Positions 1 to 9,119 of a DNA stretch of 64,000 bases are shown piece by piece. The notes under the pieces are model-generated. The model searched no databases. It saw only the letters and a program-made list of their open reading frames with translations, and was not told the DNA's origin. Every line of letters starts with the position of its first letter. The stretch's first letter is position 1. Origin of the DNA: Arenicellales bacterium (GTDB lineage: Bacteria; Pseudomonadota; Gammaproteobacteria; Arenicellales; Poriferihabitantaceae). The DNA lies in NCBI GenBank assembly GCA_965231865.1, contig CBDDOJ010000002.1:493837-557836 (forward strand), written 5' to 3'. Both the position numbers and the translations under genes were made by a program.

Positions 1-500
1 AAAACATATTCACTTAACAGCAATTCTTCATACAGGTTGGTCCAGTGGCCATACCCCAGGCGAATGCCGACATCGGCGGTTTCCGCATCAAAGTCCACCA
101 GTTCATCGGAGGTGGAAATCCACACATCAATGTCAGGGTATTCGTGATTGAAATGGCCCAGACGGGGGACCAGCCACTTGAATGCAAAGGACTGCAACAG
201 GGTGACCCGAAGTGCTGCCGGACCCTCGTCCTTGTCCAGGACCTCCTCAAGGGTGGCGGTGAAGCGCCGGATAAAATCCCGTACAACGGGGACCAGCGCA
301 TGCCCGGCTTCGGTCAGGATCAACCGGCGACCGCGTCGCTCAAAAAGCCGGATGTCCCAGAGTTCCTCCATGTGCTTGATTTGATGGCTGATGGCACTTT
401 GCGTCACGAAAAGCTCTTCGGCGGCCCGGGTATAACTGAGGTGTCGTGCTGCGGCTTCAAGGGCACGCAGGGCGGACATTGAGGGGTATCGGACAGTCAT
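1..500 (-). CDS. LysR-family transcriptional regulator (GcvA-like), C-terminal part lies beyond the window edge
   Basis: It is absent from the ORF track because it runs off the left edge. Hand translation of the minus strand from the ATG (cat at 498-500) gives MTVRYPSMSALRALEAAARHLSYTRAAEELFVTQSAISHQIKHMEELWDIRLFERRGRRLILTEAG..., a classic LysR wHTH. The effector-domain start LRVTLLQSFAFKWLVPRL follows. Confidence 0.85.
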   Translation of the reverse strand, partial: MTVRYPSMSALRALEAAARHLSYTRAAEELFVTQSAISHQIKHMEELWDIRLFERRGRRLILTEAGHALVPVVRDFIRRFTATLEEVLDKDEGPAALRVTLLQSFAFKWLVPRLGHFNHEYPDIDVWISTSDELVDFDAETADVGIRLGYGHWTNLYEELLLSEYV

Positions 501-642
501 TCTTCATAGATGAGTATTTGCTCATGCATTGTATGAAAAAGTTTCGTTTGTCCACAAGGGATATTCCCCTTATATTCGTCCTGCCAGCTACTCAAGTAGC
601 CTTAAATTATTAATCAACAACATGAACGAGAGGAATCCAATC

Positions 643-729
643 ATGGTAAACGAAGCGGTAATCAAGGTGGGGTTCGCTTATATCGGGGCCCTGACATTAT
701 TGGCGGTCATAATGACCATTGTACATTAG
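643..729 (+). CDS. possible 28-aa hydrophobic peptide upstream of the DUF1127 gene
   Basis: It is an internal ATG of ORF 529..729, preceded by GAGAGGAA. The product MVNEAVIKVGFAYIGALTLLAVIMTIVH has one TM-like helix and ends 9 nt before the next gene. There is no homology evidence. Confidence 0.25.
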   Translation: MVNEAVIKVGFAYIGALTLLAVIMTIVH

Positions 730-738
730 GAAATTATC

Positions 739-1020
739 ATGAGCACAACGAGCATTTTCAGTAACCGCGGCAATGTGGTACAGGGCCGTTTTCAGCGCAG
801 TATTTTGGTTCGGCTGGTTGACCGGATCAGAACCTGGAACGACGACAGGGTTGCAATTCGTCAATTGAACGCTCTGTCAGACCGGCTGTTGCAGGATATT
901 GGGATTGAGCGCGAAAATATCGCTGAAGCCGTCCGACAACTGCATCCGAACACCGGGGTTGTCATTGCCCGGGACCCCCGCGAAGCGGGAATACAAGAAG
1001 ACCTCCGCAAGGCCGCGTAA
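739..1020 (+). CDS. DUF1127 domain protein
   Basis: 93 aa. The segment RTWNDDRVAIRQLNALSDRLLQDIGIERENI matches the W-x-R..L..L.D..L.DIG..R signature of DUF1127. Confidence 0.75.
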   Translation: MSTTSIFSNRGNVVQGRFQRSILVRLVDRIRTWNDDRVAIRQLNALSDRLLQDIGIERENIAEAVRQLHPNTGVVIARDPREAGIQEDLRKAA

Positions 1021-1051
1021 CCAGTTTTTCTCCATAGGTGTTTGTCTATTT

Positions 1052-1083
1052 GGGCGCTCTTTCTTTTGAGCGCCCTTTTTTTT
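1052..1083 (+). terminator. rho-independent terminator after the DUF1127 gene
   Basis: GGGCGCTC / GAGCGCCC stem (1052-1059 / 1068-1075) followed by an 8-T run. Confidence 0.6.
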
Positions 1084-1086
1084 GGT

Positions 1087-1201
1087 GCGCCAGACATGGC
1101 GCGTAGCGCCGTGACTGGCGCTGTTCCGGTACACGTGGTGGTGTAATCCAGTACTCGGGATTACACCACTTGAACTGAGCCGCGGAACGCAGCTCAGTTC
1201 A
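1087..1201. repeat. array of four consecutive perfect-stem hairpins
   Basis: The stems are GCGCCA..TGGCGC (1087-1102), AGCGCC..GGCGCT (1105-1122), a 12-bp stem GTGGTGTAATCC/GGATTACACCAC (1138-1169) and a 10-bp stem TGAACTGAGC/GCTCAGTTCA (1171-1201). Confidence 0.6.
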
Positions 1202-1235
1202 ATACAACATTAAAATACACATATTACTTCATAAT

Positions 1236-1265
1236 TTACGATATATTTGCAAATAATGGTATAAT
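1236..1265 (+). promoter_or_regulatory. candidate sigma70 promoter of the ATPase/RloB pair
   Basis: TTACGA, then 18 nt, then TATAAT in an AT-rich stretch. A GAGGAA RBS sits about 10 nt before the ATG at 1300. Confidence 0.3.
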
Positions 1266-1299
1266 TCTGCAGTTCAAATGACTTATGAGGAATTAGCAA

Positions 1300-2580
1300 A
1301 TGCTATTACGCTTTGCTGTAACCAATCATCTTTCCATTCGTGAGAGCCAGGAATTGTCATTCGCTGCCTCGTCATTGCAAGATCGACGAGATGGACTAAT
1401 TGATTGCAAAGCCGTATCAAGCAAGTCTGTTTTGCCTGCGATCGTAATTTATGGTGCAAATGCATCGGGAAAATCCAATATCTTGAACGCAATAGCAACA
1501 ATGAAGAAATTGGTGCTCTGGTCTCATACCAAGGGTGAGCCTGGAGGTGGTATACCCCGCAATGCGTTCAAGCTTGATCCGGCCTGTTTACCCGCTCCAT
1601 CTAAATTTGAAATCGACTTTATCATCGATGATGTGAGACACCATTATGGTTTTGAAGCAACTGACGAGGTTTTTACAGGCGAATGGCTATATACCTATCC
1701 GTTGTCGCAACCCAGAAAGCTGTTTGAGCGCAACAAAAGTACATTCAGTTTTGGGCGCGAGTTAAAAGGACAAAACCAAAATATCGCTGGATTGACCAGA
1801 CCTAATAGCCTGTTTTTATCAGCGGCTGCACAGAATGGTCATGAGCAGTTATTAAAAGTTTACAAGTATTTCAAGTCGATTGAGATTGCCAACTCGATTT
1901 CTATATCGGGGGCAAATGCATCTGCGCGAGTTGTCCGAGATGAATTAGATTCACGAGTGATTGAATTTTTGACTTCTATTGATACGGGGGTTACTGGATA
2001 CCGAGAAAAGAAAATTGAAATTCCTGAAGAAGCTCAAGTAATTCGTAAAGAGTTAAAAGCTGTATTCGAAAAACTCTCCGATGGCACCATAAGCATCAAA
2101 CCGGAGGAAGAGGAAGGCAAGTATATTGCTATTGAACTTGCACACAGTAATCGTAAAGGTGAGCCAGTTTATTTTGATTTAGATTCAGAAAGCGCAGGGA
2201 CACGACGATTATTAATCGTACTTAGCTTAGTATTCCAGGCGCTGGATGAGGGGCTTCCACTCTGTATTGATGAAATCGATGCCAGTTTGCACACCATAGC
2301 GAGTGAGGCAGTATTAAAGTTATTCTGCTTACCGGAAATAAATAGAAAAGGAGCGCAGTTGATTGCGACAACTCACGATACCAACTTGATGAGTTCTAAA
2401 ATGCTGAGACGCGACCAGCTTTGGTTTACTGAAAAGACATCAGAGGGAGCTACAGAGCTTTATCCTCTAACAGAGATTCGAACACGCAAGGGTGACGATA
2501 TCGAATCAGGGTATTTACAGGGCCGATTTGGTGCGCTGCCAAACGGTGACACGATTTCGGCATTCTATGAGCCAGCTTAA
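1300..2580 (+). CDS. AAA_21/ABC-type ATPase, AbiLi-like defence ATPase
   Basis: 426 aa. Walker A is GANASGKSN, the signature-like motif is ESAGTRRLL, Walker B is LCIDEIDASLH, and TTHDTNLM is also present. Its TAA stop abuts the ATG of the RloB gene. Confidence 0.85.
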   Translation: MLLRFAVTNHLSIRESQELSFAASSLQDRRDGLIDCKAVSSKSVLPAIVIYGANASGKSNILNAIATMKKLVLWSHTKGEPGGGIPRNAFKLDPACLPAPSKFEIDFIIDDVRHHYGFEATDEVFTGEWLYTYPLSQPRKLFERNKSTFSFGRELKGQNQNIAGLTRPNSLFLSAAAQNGHEQLLKVYKYFKSIEIANSISISGANASARVVRDELDSRVIEFLTSIDTGVTGYREKKIEIPEEAQVIRKELKAVFEKLSDGTISIKPEEEEGKYIAIELAHSNRKGEPVYFDLDSESAGTRRLLIVLSLVFQALDEGLPLCIDEIDASLHTIASEAVLKLFCLPEINRKGAQLIATTHDTNLMSSKMLRRDQLWFTEKTSEGATELYPLTEIRTRKGDDIESGYLQGRFGALPNGDTISAFYEPA

Positions 2581-3246
2581 ATGGCGCGACGCAAGATACC
2601 TCCGATGCGGCGGCATAAAACGCAAAGAGAACCAAAAAGACGATTCATCCTTTTTTGCGAAGGCCGGAACACAGAACCGGCATATTTTTCTGCGCTTAAA
2701 CGAGTTTGGACTGGGGCATTGATTTCTGTTGAATCCAAGCCGGGAGTTGGAGTTCCCATGACTATAGCAAGGGAGGCTGTAAAATTTGCAAAATCCGAGG
2801 GATTGACCAAATCCAGTCGGCGCAAAAAGTCTTCATTCGAAAGAAAGGATGAGGTGTGGGCAGTTTTTGACCGGGATACTCACCCAAATTTCGACGCAGC
2901 AGTAAAGTTTTGTCTGGACAATAGTGTCGGGGTAGCACGTTCTAACCCATGCTTTGAACTCTGGCTGATTTTACATGAAAGAGATTGCGACAGACCCGAC
3001 AGTAGCGACGCTATACAAAGAACGTTGAAGGAACTGAGACCAGAATATGACAGACATATAGGAAAGATACCAGATTGCGACGAAATGGTTATCCGGGTTG
3101 AGTCTGCAGAAAGACGTGGAAATGTCTTGGTTGATCGTCGTAGAGAAGAAGGTAATCCGTATGGCAATCCTTCGACAACTGTAGGTATGCTGACTAAAGC
3201 AATACGGTTAGCAAACGAATTGTCACGTAGGAAGTTGTCCGAGTAA
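2581..3246 (+). CDS. RloB-like (TOPRIM-like) protein, AbiLii-like
   Basis: 221 aa. FILFCEGRNTEPAYF, VWAVFDRD and ARSNPCFELWLILH are the RloB family hallmarks. Confidence 0.85.
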   Translation: MARRKIPPMRRHKTQREPKRRFILFCEGRNTEPAYFSALKRVWTGALISVESKPGVGVPMTIAREAVKFAKSEGLTKSSRRKKSSFERKDEVWAVFDRDTHPNFDAAVKFCLDNSVGVARSNPCFELWLILHERDCDRPDSSDAIQRTLKELRPEYDRHIGKIPDCDEMVIRVESAERRGNVLVDRRREEGNPYGNPSTTVGMLTKAIRLANELSRRKLSE

Positions 3247-3358
3247 GAGGGGGTGTCGCCACGCCACGCGCCTGTGGTCGGCACCGTCGCGGCACATCCT
3301 GTGATACAACCCTTTTTGCCTCGAATCCGTGTCACGTCACACGCACACCCCAAGGTGG

Positions 3359-3389
3359 AACTGCCCGCTCTAGTGGGCAGTTTGTTTTT
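3359..3389 (+). terminator. rho-independent terminator after the RloB gene
   Basis: AACTGCCC / GGGCAGTT stem followed by TGTTTTT. Confidence 0.6.
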
Positions 3390-3453
3390 GAGCTCCGCGC
3401 TGCGCTGCACTTTGTCCCGTGGCGCCGGAACAGGTCACTGCGGCACATAAGTA

Positions 3454-4629
3454 TTACAGATCGTCATGTTCTGGGTCCCACTCGGGCGTCATGGCATGGA
3501 TCGCTTCCTTGGCACCAAAAATCCCATTGTCCCCATTTCCATAGATGGGATAACCGCTACGCAACCTGCAAACGTTGAGATAAGCGTACGGATACAGGGT
3601 TTCTGGCCAATTAGCGCCTTTACGGATATAGACTCCATAGCGAAGCCCGTCGGTGACGATGAGCCTTTTGCAGTTCCCGTAGTCTTTGGCATAGTTCTTC
3701 GCTTGCTCAAACGCGCCCAAACAGGCTTGGTGCAGGGCCTTCGCCTCCACGACGAGGGTCAGATTCTCCTTGTTATCTCTCGGCAGGCGAGAAAACAGGG
3801 CTACATCGATCCGGTTGTGTTCGATTGCAATCTTTTGCGGGGTCCAACCAAGAACCTTGAGAAGGGGTACGACGAGGTGACACACGATTTCGTGCTCGGA
3901 AGCCCCCCGCGTCCGGTACCAATTGGCCAATTGTACGAAGGAACCCTTCGGGTCGAGCAGTTCCCGGATTGGGTCGCCTGGCAGGCCCTTTTCGAATAGA
4001 TAGATTGCGAGTTCGTCCTTCGCGAGTTCGAACGAACTGCCGTTATTATCCCGAAAATCCAGCGGTTCCATATCCCTCCAGTTTCCGTCGTCGTCGATTC
4101 CTCTCAGCGTCTCGCGAATCCAGGCCAGTGCCGGTTCTTTGTACAGTCTTGCATTCGTATGACGCGCAAAGACATTGGTTTCGAAGTCTTTGCCCTCGCA
4201 GGGCAACCACCGTACGCGTCTAGCATGGCCCAGCTTCCAGCCGTCAACATCGTTGAATTCGTCAATGTGTTCATAGTTTCCGACCACTCCTATTGCATGT
4301 AAGCGGGAGAGCCCCATCTTGAGGACCACGATATCTCCTGGGCGCATCTCCTCGCACAGCCTTCGAACCCTCCCTTTTTCTTCGCGCTTCTCGGCATCGG
4401 TGTATTTAGACCACCGCGTCGTTCCGGGTCCTACAATGATGACGTTCCACCGCTTGCACAGGCCTACATGGTTATGACTCTGATCGCCAGCGGTATGTTG
4501 CCAGATCGTTTTCCCGTCTATGTTCATAGGACACAGTTTCTCACCGTCTGAGGTTGGTGCGTTGCACTGGCTATGCGAAAGGGAGTCGGCATTGAGACGA
4601 TCAGGCTCCTCCCAGAATCGTCCGGCCAA
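3454..4629 (-). CDS. two-domain nuclease candidate: N-terminal beta-rich reader-like domain + C-terminal PD-(D/E)xK (HSDR_N-like) domain
   Basis: The C-terminal part EHEIVCHLVVPLLKVLGW..RIDVALF..LTLVVEAKAL..QAKNYA fits the type I R-subunit N-terminal nuclease fold (D..EAK). The N-terminal part GDIVVLKMG..LHAIGVVGNYEH..GHARRVRW is PUA/EVE-like only by loose pattern. The start is uncertain: TTG at 4629 or ATG at 4527. Confidence 0.6.
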   Translation of the reverse strand: MAGRFWEEPDRLNADSLSHSQCNAPTSDGEKLCPMNIDGKTIWQHTAGDQSHNHVGLCKRWNVIIVGPGTTRWSKYTDAEKREEKGRVRRLCEEMRPGDIVVLKMGLSRLHAIGVVGNYEHIDEFNDVDGWKLGHARRVRWLPCEGKDFETNVFARHTNARLYKEPALAWIRETLRGIDDDGNWRDMEPLDFRDNNGSSFELAKDELAIYLFEKGLPGDPIRELLDPKGSFVQLANWYRTRGASEHEIVCHLVVPLLKVLGWTPQKIAIEHNRIDVALFSRLPRDNKENLTLVVEAKALHQACLGAFEQAKNYAKDYGNCKRLIVTDGLRYGVYIRKGANWPETLYPYAYLNVCRLRSGYPIYGNGDNGIFGAKEAIHAMTPEWDPEHDDL

Positions 4630-4695
4630 AAATGCACATTGTCATGGCTGTTAGAATCCTCCATTATATACCTACATACCGAAGGATATCCCTTG

Positions 4696-5109
4696 ATGTT
4701 GTGGATTAAATCAATACACATAATTGCCATGGTCGCCTGGTTCGCGGGGTTGTTTTATCTGCCCAGGCTCTTTGTTTATCATGCCCAGACGACCAATGGA
4801 CCGAGTATCGAGCTTTTCAAGACCATGGAGCGAAGACTGTTTTTCGGCATCATGACCCCGGCTGCAGTCCTGACCCTCGTATTTGGAGTCTGGCTTTGGG
4901 TTGGCTATGGGTTTACCGGCATCTGGTTAACCTTGAAACTGGGACTCGTGGCGCTGGTGGTCCTCCATCATATCTGGTGTTACCGAGCATTGACGGCTTT
5001 CCAAAACAATGCAAACACCAAAACGCATGTTTACTATCGATGGATGAATGAGTTGCCGGTTTTGCTTCTCATCGGCATCGTCCTGCTGGTCGTGTTCAAA
5101 CCCGGTTGA
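4696..5109 (+). CDS. hemJ: protoporphyrinogen IX oxidase HemJ (UPF0093/CopD-like membrane protein)
   Basis: It is an internal ATG of ORF 4573..5109. The product begins [29 protein letters not shown] and has 4 TM helices. Confidence 0.8.
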   Translation: MLWIKSIHIIAMVAWFAGLFYLPRLFVYHAQTTNGPSIELFKTMERRLFFGIMTPAAVLTLVFGVWLWVGYGFTGIWLTLKLGLVALVVLHHIWCYRALTAFQNNANTKTHVYYRWMNELPVLLLIGIVLLVVFKPG

Positions 5110-5113
5110 TGCC

Positions 5114-5578
5114 ATGTTCCGGATTGCGCTGTTCGAGCCGGAGATTCCGCCGAATACGGGAAATATCATCCGGTTGTGCGCAAACACGGGTTGCGTCCTG
5201 CACCTGATCGGCCGATTGGGATTTGACATGGATGAAAAGCAGCTGCGCCGGGCCGGTTTGGACTATCACCAGTACGCCCGGGTGAAAACCTGGGTGGACT
5301 GGGATTCATTCAGGCGGAAGCATCCGGCTCGTATCGTTTCATTTTCCACCCGGAATCATCGGTGTTACAGCGATTTCCGGTTCTCGGCGGGAGACATCCT
5401 GCTGTTCGGTTCAGAGACCCGCGGACTGCCCGGATGGCTCGGTGAGCAGGTCGAGGAAGAAAACAGGCTGACCATCCCCATGGAGGAAAATAGCCGGAGT
5501 CTGAATCTGTCGAACAGCGTTGCCATCGCGGTGTATGAGGCCTGGCGCCAAAATGGCTTCCGCAACAGGTCGCTTTAG
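5114..5578 (+). CDS. trmL: tRNA (cytidine/uridine34-2'-O)-methyltransferase TrmL
   Basis: SPOUT motifs are present: [37 protein letters not shown] and [18 protein letters not shown]. Confidence 0.9.
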   Translation: MFRIALFEPEIPPNTGNIIRLCANTGCVLHLIGRLGFDMDEKQLRRAGLDYHQYARVKTWVDWDSFRRKHPARIVSFSTRNHRCYSDFRFSAGDILLFGSETRGLPGWLGEQVEEENRLTIPMEENSRSLNLSNSVAIAVYEAWRQNGFRNRSL

Positions 5579-6600
5579 TGGGTTTCGGCTTTTGGACCTC
5601 TTGACAGCAGGGATTTGACCGCACTGGCCGGGTCCGTGTTTTCAAAAATGATTTTGTAGGTCTGTTCCGTGATGGGCATGTCAATGCCATGTTTCCGACC
5701 CGCTGAATACAGTTCCCGGGTGGTCAATATTCCCTCGATTTCCTGGGCGATGTCATCAATCACCTGTTGTCTTGCCCTGCCCTGCCCCAGACCCAGGCCA
5801 AATCTCCGGTTGCGGGACTGATCATCTGTGCACGTCAGTATCAAATCGCCCACACCCGTCAGGCCGGCAAAGGTTTCCGGTTTGCCTCCCAGGGCCAGTC
5901 CCAGCCGTGTCAGTTCCGAAAGGCCCCGGGTGATGAGCGCAGCCCGGGCATTGACGCCATAGCCCAGTCCGTCACTGATCCCCGCTGCGATTGCCATGAC
6001 ATTCTTGATGGCGCCTCCAAGCTGGACGCCGATCAGGTCGTCGCTGTAGTAAACCCGGGTGGTGGGCGTACGAAACCAGTTGGCCATCATTTCGGCATCG
6101 GCTGAGCGGTCACTCGCAACCGTGAGCGCCGTTGGCAGGTTCATGGCGGTCTCCCGTGCAAAGCTTGGCCCTGAAATGACCCCTGTCCGGGCTTCCTGCC
6201 CGAGCACATCGTTCGCAACCTTGCTGAGCAATTCCCCGGTGGTACAGTCGAATCCCTTGGTCCCCCAGATGACCGTGGCTTGTTCCAGCGACCGGCTCTG
6301 GGAGCGAATCTGGGATTTCAGTGCTTCAAGAGTACTTCTGAAACCATGGCTGGGGGTGGCAATGACGAAACAATGCGTTTCATGGATGGCGCGGGCAAAT
6401 TCCACTTCAATCTCCAGGTTGTCCGGCAATCGGACGCCGGGGAGATAACGCTCATTACACCGATTTTTTCGTGCCCTGGACAATTCCTCTGCATTTCGGC
6501 CCCAAAGCACCACACGCTCGATATTGTTGGACAGCAACAGGGACAGGGCGGTACCCCAGGACCCTGCGCCCAGTACAGAAACAGTGCGAAGGGGCATCAT
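5575..6600 (-). CDS. gpsA: NAD(P)H-dependent glycerol-3-phosphate dehydrogenase
   Basis: 341 aa, with [15 protein letters not shown] Rossmann motif and [20 protein letters not shown]. Confidence 0.95.
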   Translation of the reverse strand: MMPLRTVSVLGAGSWGTALSLLLSNNIERVVLWGRNAEELSRARKNRCNERYLPGVRLPDNLEIEVEFARAIHETHCFVIATPSHGFRSTLEALKSQIRSQSRSLEQATVIWGTKGFDCTTGELLSKVANDVLGQEARTGVISGPSFARETAMNLPTALTVASDRSADAEMMANWFRTPTTRVYYSDDLIGVQLGGAIKNVMAIAAGISDGLGYGVNARAALITRGLSELTRLGLALGGKPETFAGLTGVGDLILTCTDDQSRNRRFGLGLGQGRARQQVIDDIAQEIEGILTTRELYSAGRKHGIDMPITEQTYKIIFENTDPASAVKSLLSRGPKAETH

Positions 6601-6752
6601 CGGGTCTCGTTCAAAAGAGGATTGGTTTGGACAAACCGGGGCGCCGTCAGTTTCGGGGATAAAATCGGCACCAATGGGTCATGCTATGGTGCTCGTATTT
6701 TCCACCAAACCGAACCGGGCGAACTGCATACGGTCCCTTCATGTTCAACCTC

Positions 6753-7680
6753 TTAAGGAGTTGTTGGTGTGGGTCGAGGGGATATTTTGATAAATGCTCG
6801 ACCATCATGGTTTTCAACAATTTTTACGGCACTTGTTCCAGGAATATGTGACGTAGAGTGAAAAACAGGAATCAAGTCTTGAAACTGTTGGTCGGTTTCT
6901 AGCCTCGAGTTCGCGGTCTTCAGCTTCTGTTCTAGGGATGTGTCTATTATGGCTGTTGAAATTTTCATGACCAGCAAGCCAATCAGAAATATCTTCTGCT
7001 TTATCTGGACCAGTATCACTGTTTTTGAACATGTAAGATGTAAGCCATGTCTTGACCAATTCCCTCGTCATCGCTAGTGCAGATTCGCACTGCACTAGCA
7101 GGGCAGGTCCATATTGCTCAAGCATTGGTAACCAAGCGGCTAGCTTTGCTGGGTCTGCGCACTCCTGCTGTGCCTGATCAAATTGGTCAAGGACCGCCTG
7201 TGCTGGCACAGCCCGTATTCCTAATGATGTAGGAATCAGAATCTGTGGATCAGTTGGGCCTAGGGATGAATGCTCGCCGAGTACGATTTGGTTTGCAGCA
7301 CATGCAATCATTGTTGCAGCTAACATGGCGAGCTGTGGCACAATTACTCGAATATCAGAAAAACGAGATCTCAAATACGAGACAATTGCCTCTGCTGCCT
7401 CTGGAGAACCTCCAGGACTATGGATAATCAAATCAAGACTTTCACCCTCCAACGTATAGCAAACTTCCATAAAGGCCTGCATATCCTCATCATTGATAGA
7501 AATCATGGAAGGAGGGGCATCATCCCTTTGTAACCAGCCTGAAGCGTAAAGAATCACATTGCGCTCAGTATGCCGATGAAGTTCGACTAGGTACTTCCTG
7601 CGAACACTGTCAAAGTCCCACGGTTGCCCTTGTTTTTCTGTGGCAGTTAGTTCTTTCAGATTCTCACTCCAACCTGGCAT
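6753..7680 (-). pseudogene. SDH-family (ClpP/SppA-fold) serine protease gene, apparently frameshifted
   Basis: The 288-aa ORF carries LDLIIHSPGGSPEAAEAIV and SLGPTDPQ. The family-like C-terminus (LETDQQFQDLIPVFHSTSH..AVKIVENHDG) continues in another frame (ORF 6753..7019), so there is a shift near 6895-6915. The expected AMSAGT nucleophile reads AMLAAT, with a TTA codon at 7321-7323. Confidence 0.55.
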
Positions 7681-7705
7681 TTCTAGAATCCGATATTTTC
7701 TAAAT

Positions 7706-7906
7706 TCAAGAAATACTTGAGGAGTTTGTTGTCGTGATTATTGCAGGTTTTTGAATAACAGAGCGGTAGGATTTGAAGTTTTGGTTCTTCTCGTTCCAAT
7801 TACAGTAGACTTGCATGGCTTCGTGTACACCTGGGCGAGAAAGCGCCTCCTTTAGAATCTCAGCATGTGCTTGTTCCCGGTTCGAGTGCTTGGTTGGTGT
7901 AGGCAT
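7706..7906 (-). CDS. hypothetical 66-aa protein upstream of the SDH-family gene
   Basis: It is an AT-rich ORF on the same strand, 25 nt upstream of the protease gene. No family was recognised. Confidence 0.35.
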   Translation of the reverse strand: MPTPTKHSNREQAHAEILKEALSRPGVHEAMQVYCNWNEKNQNFKSYRSVIQKPAIITTTNSSSIS

Positions 7907-8156
7907 TTAAAATAATTCTCGTATTTTCGGTATATTATTTTACCACAGAGTGATTACCAAATCTTAATATTACGAGTTGATGGGAGAGAAAGATCAACCA
8001 TCACCTCCACCCCGAGTCATGGTTGTCATCCGTGACCGCACGTTCCGTCGACCCCTGACTGGTACACCATCAGACGGATATTGACCGGTAAAAGCTGTGA
8101 AGCTTGACCCGTATCTTCAGCAGTGAACGGCATTTCGCCAGGGTGCCTAAGGGCAG

Positions 8157-8666
8157 CTAGTGGGTGTGCGGGGAGGCATCTTTCGGTTGCTGTTTTGAAC
8201 GGTAGAGCGATTCAAAGTTGACTGGAGCCAGGAGAAATGCACCGAACCCGCCTTTGGTAATCAGGTTGTTCAGTTCCTCACGGGCAAACGGCAGTAAAAT
8301 GCCCGGGCAGGCGACCTCGATCACAATCTGCCGGGTATCCACATCCGGGTGCTGTATCCGGAACACCCCGGCCTGATGTACTTCTGCCAGGTAGACCGTG
8401 GTGTTTTCATGTGCCGCAGTCACCGTTGCCTTGAGAATGATTTCGGAGATGTTGTTCGTTTCATCAACCAGTTGATAGTCGATGGCAATTTGAATATCGT
8501 GGATGAGTTTCACCTTCGGCTGGGTGAATATTTTCGGTGTGGAGGGGGCTTCAAAGGACGCATCCTTCAAATACACTTTGACGGTGTCAAATCGTGTGGC
8601 GGGTTTTCCGGAAGAAGCAGGGTCTTCCTGAGCGGGCCCATCCGGGCTGTTGCCGTTATCAGCCAT
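8157..8666 (-). CDS. secB: protein-export chaperone SecB
   Basis: 169 aa, with VKVYLKDASFEAPSTP and VACPGILLPFAREELNNLITKGGF. Confidence 0.9.
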   Translation of the reverse strand: MADNGNSPDGPAQEDPASSGKPATRFDTVKVYLKDASFEAPSTPKIFTQPKVKLIHDIQIAIDYQLVDETNNISEIILKATVTAAHENTTVYLAEVHQAGVFRIQHPDVDTRQIVIEVACPGILLPFAREELNNLITKGGFGAFLLAPVNFESLYRSKQQPKDASPHTH

Positions 8667-8699
8667 GGCCCGTCCTGTCCAGGGGACGTTTTGAAAACA

Positions 8700-9119
8700 T
8701 CAGCTTTTTTCCAGGGGCAGGTTTTCCTTCTTCCATCCGCTTAAACCGCCTGACAGGATATACACGTCCGCAAATTCATTTTTCTTCAGAACCGAAACCG
8801 CTTTTTTGGAATTTGCACCGGTTTCACAGGCCAGCACGATTGGTTTTTTCTGGTACTTTTTCAGCTTGCCAAGTGAGTCCGGAAACCGGCTGAAAGGGAT
8901 GTTGATGGACTGGGAAATATGACCTTTTTTGAAACGGTCCTTTTCATTCAGGTCTATGATGACGGCATGATTCCGTGACTGCAATGGGGGCAGCTGCGCC
9001 GGGGTCACAATTTTGGAACCCCCCACCCCCTTGGATGCAGGGTCGAAGCTCAGCAACAGCACAATGACAATCAGCATGGCAAACAGGTACCAGTACTCCG
9101 TCATAAAATCGATATACAT
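8700..9119 (-). CDS. membrane-anchored rhodanese-domain protein (YibN-like)
   Basis: It has an N-terminal TM helix and a rhodanese core HISQSINIP..IVLACETGANS. It sits next to secB, as yibN does. Confidence 0.85.
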   Translation of the reverse strand: MYIDFMTEYWYLFAMLIVIVLLLSFDPASKGVGGSKIVTPAQLPPLQSRNHAVIIDLNEKDRFKKGHISQSINIPFSRFPDSLGKLKKYQKKPIVLACETGANSKKAVSVLKKNEFADVYILSGGLSGWKKENLPLEKS

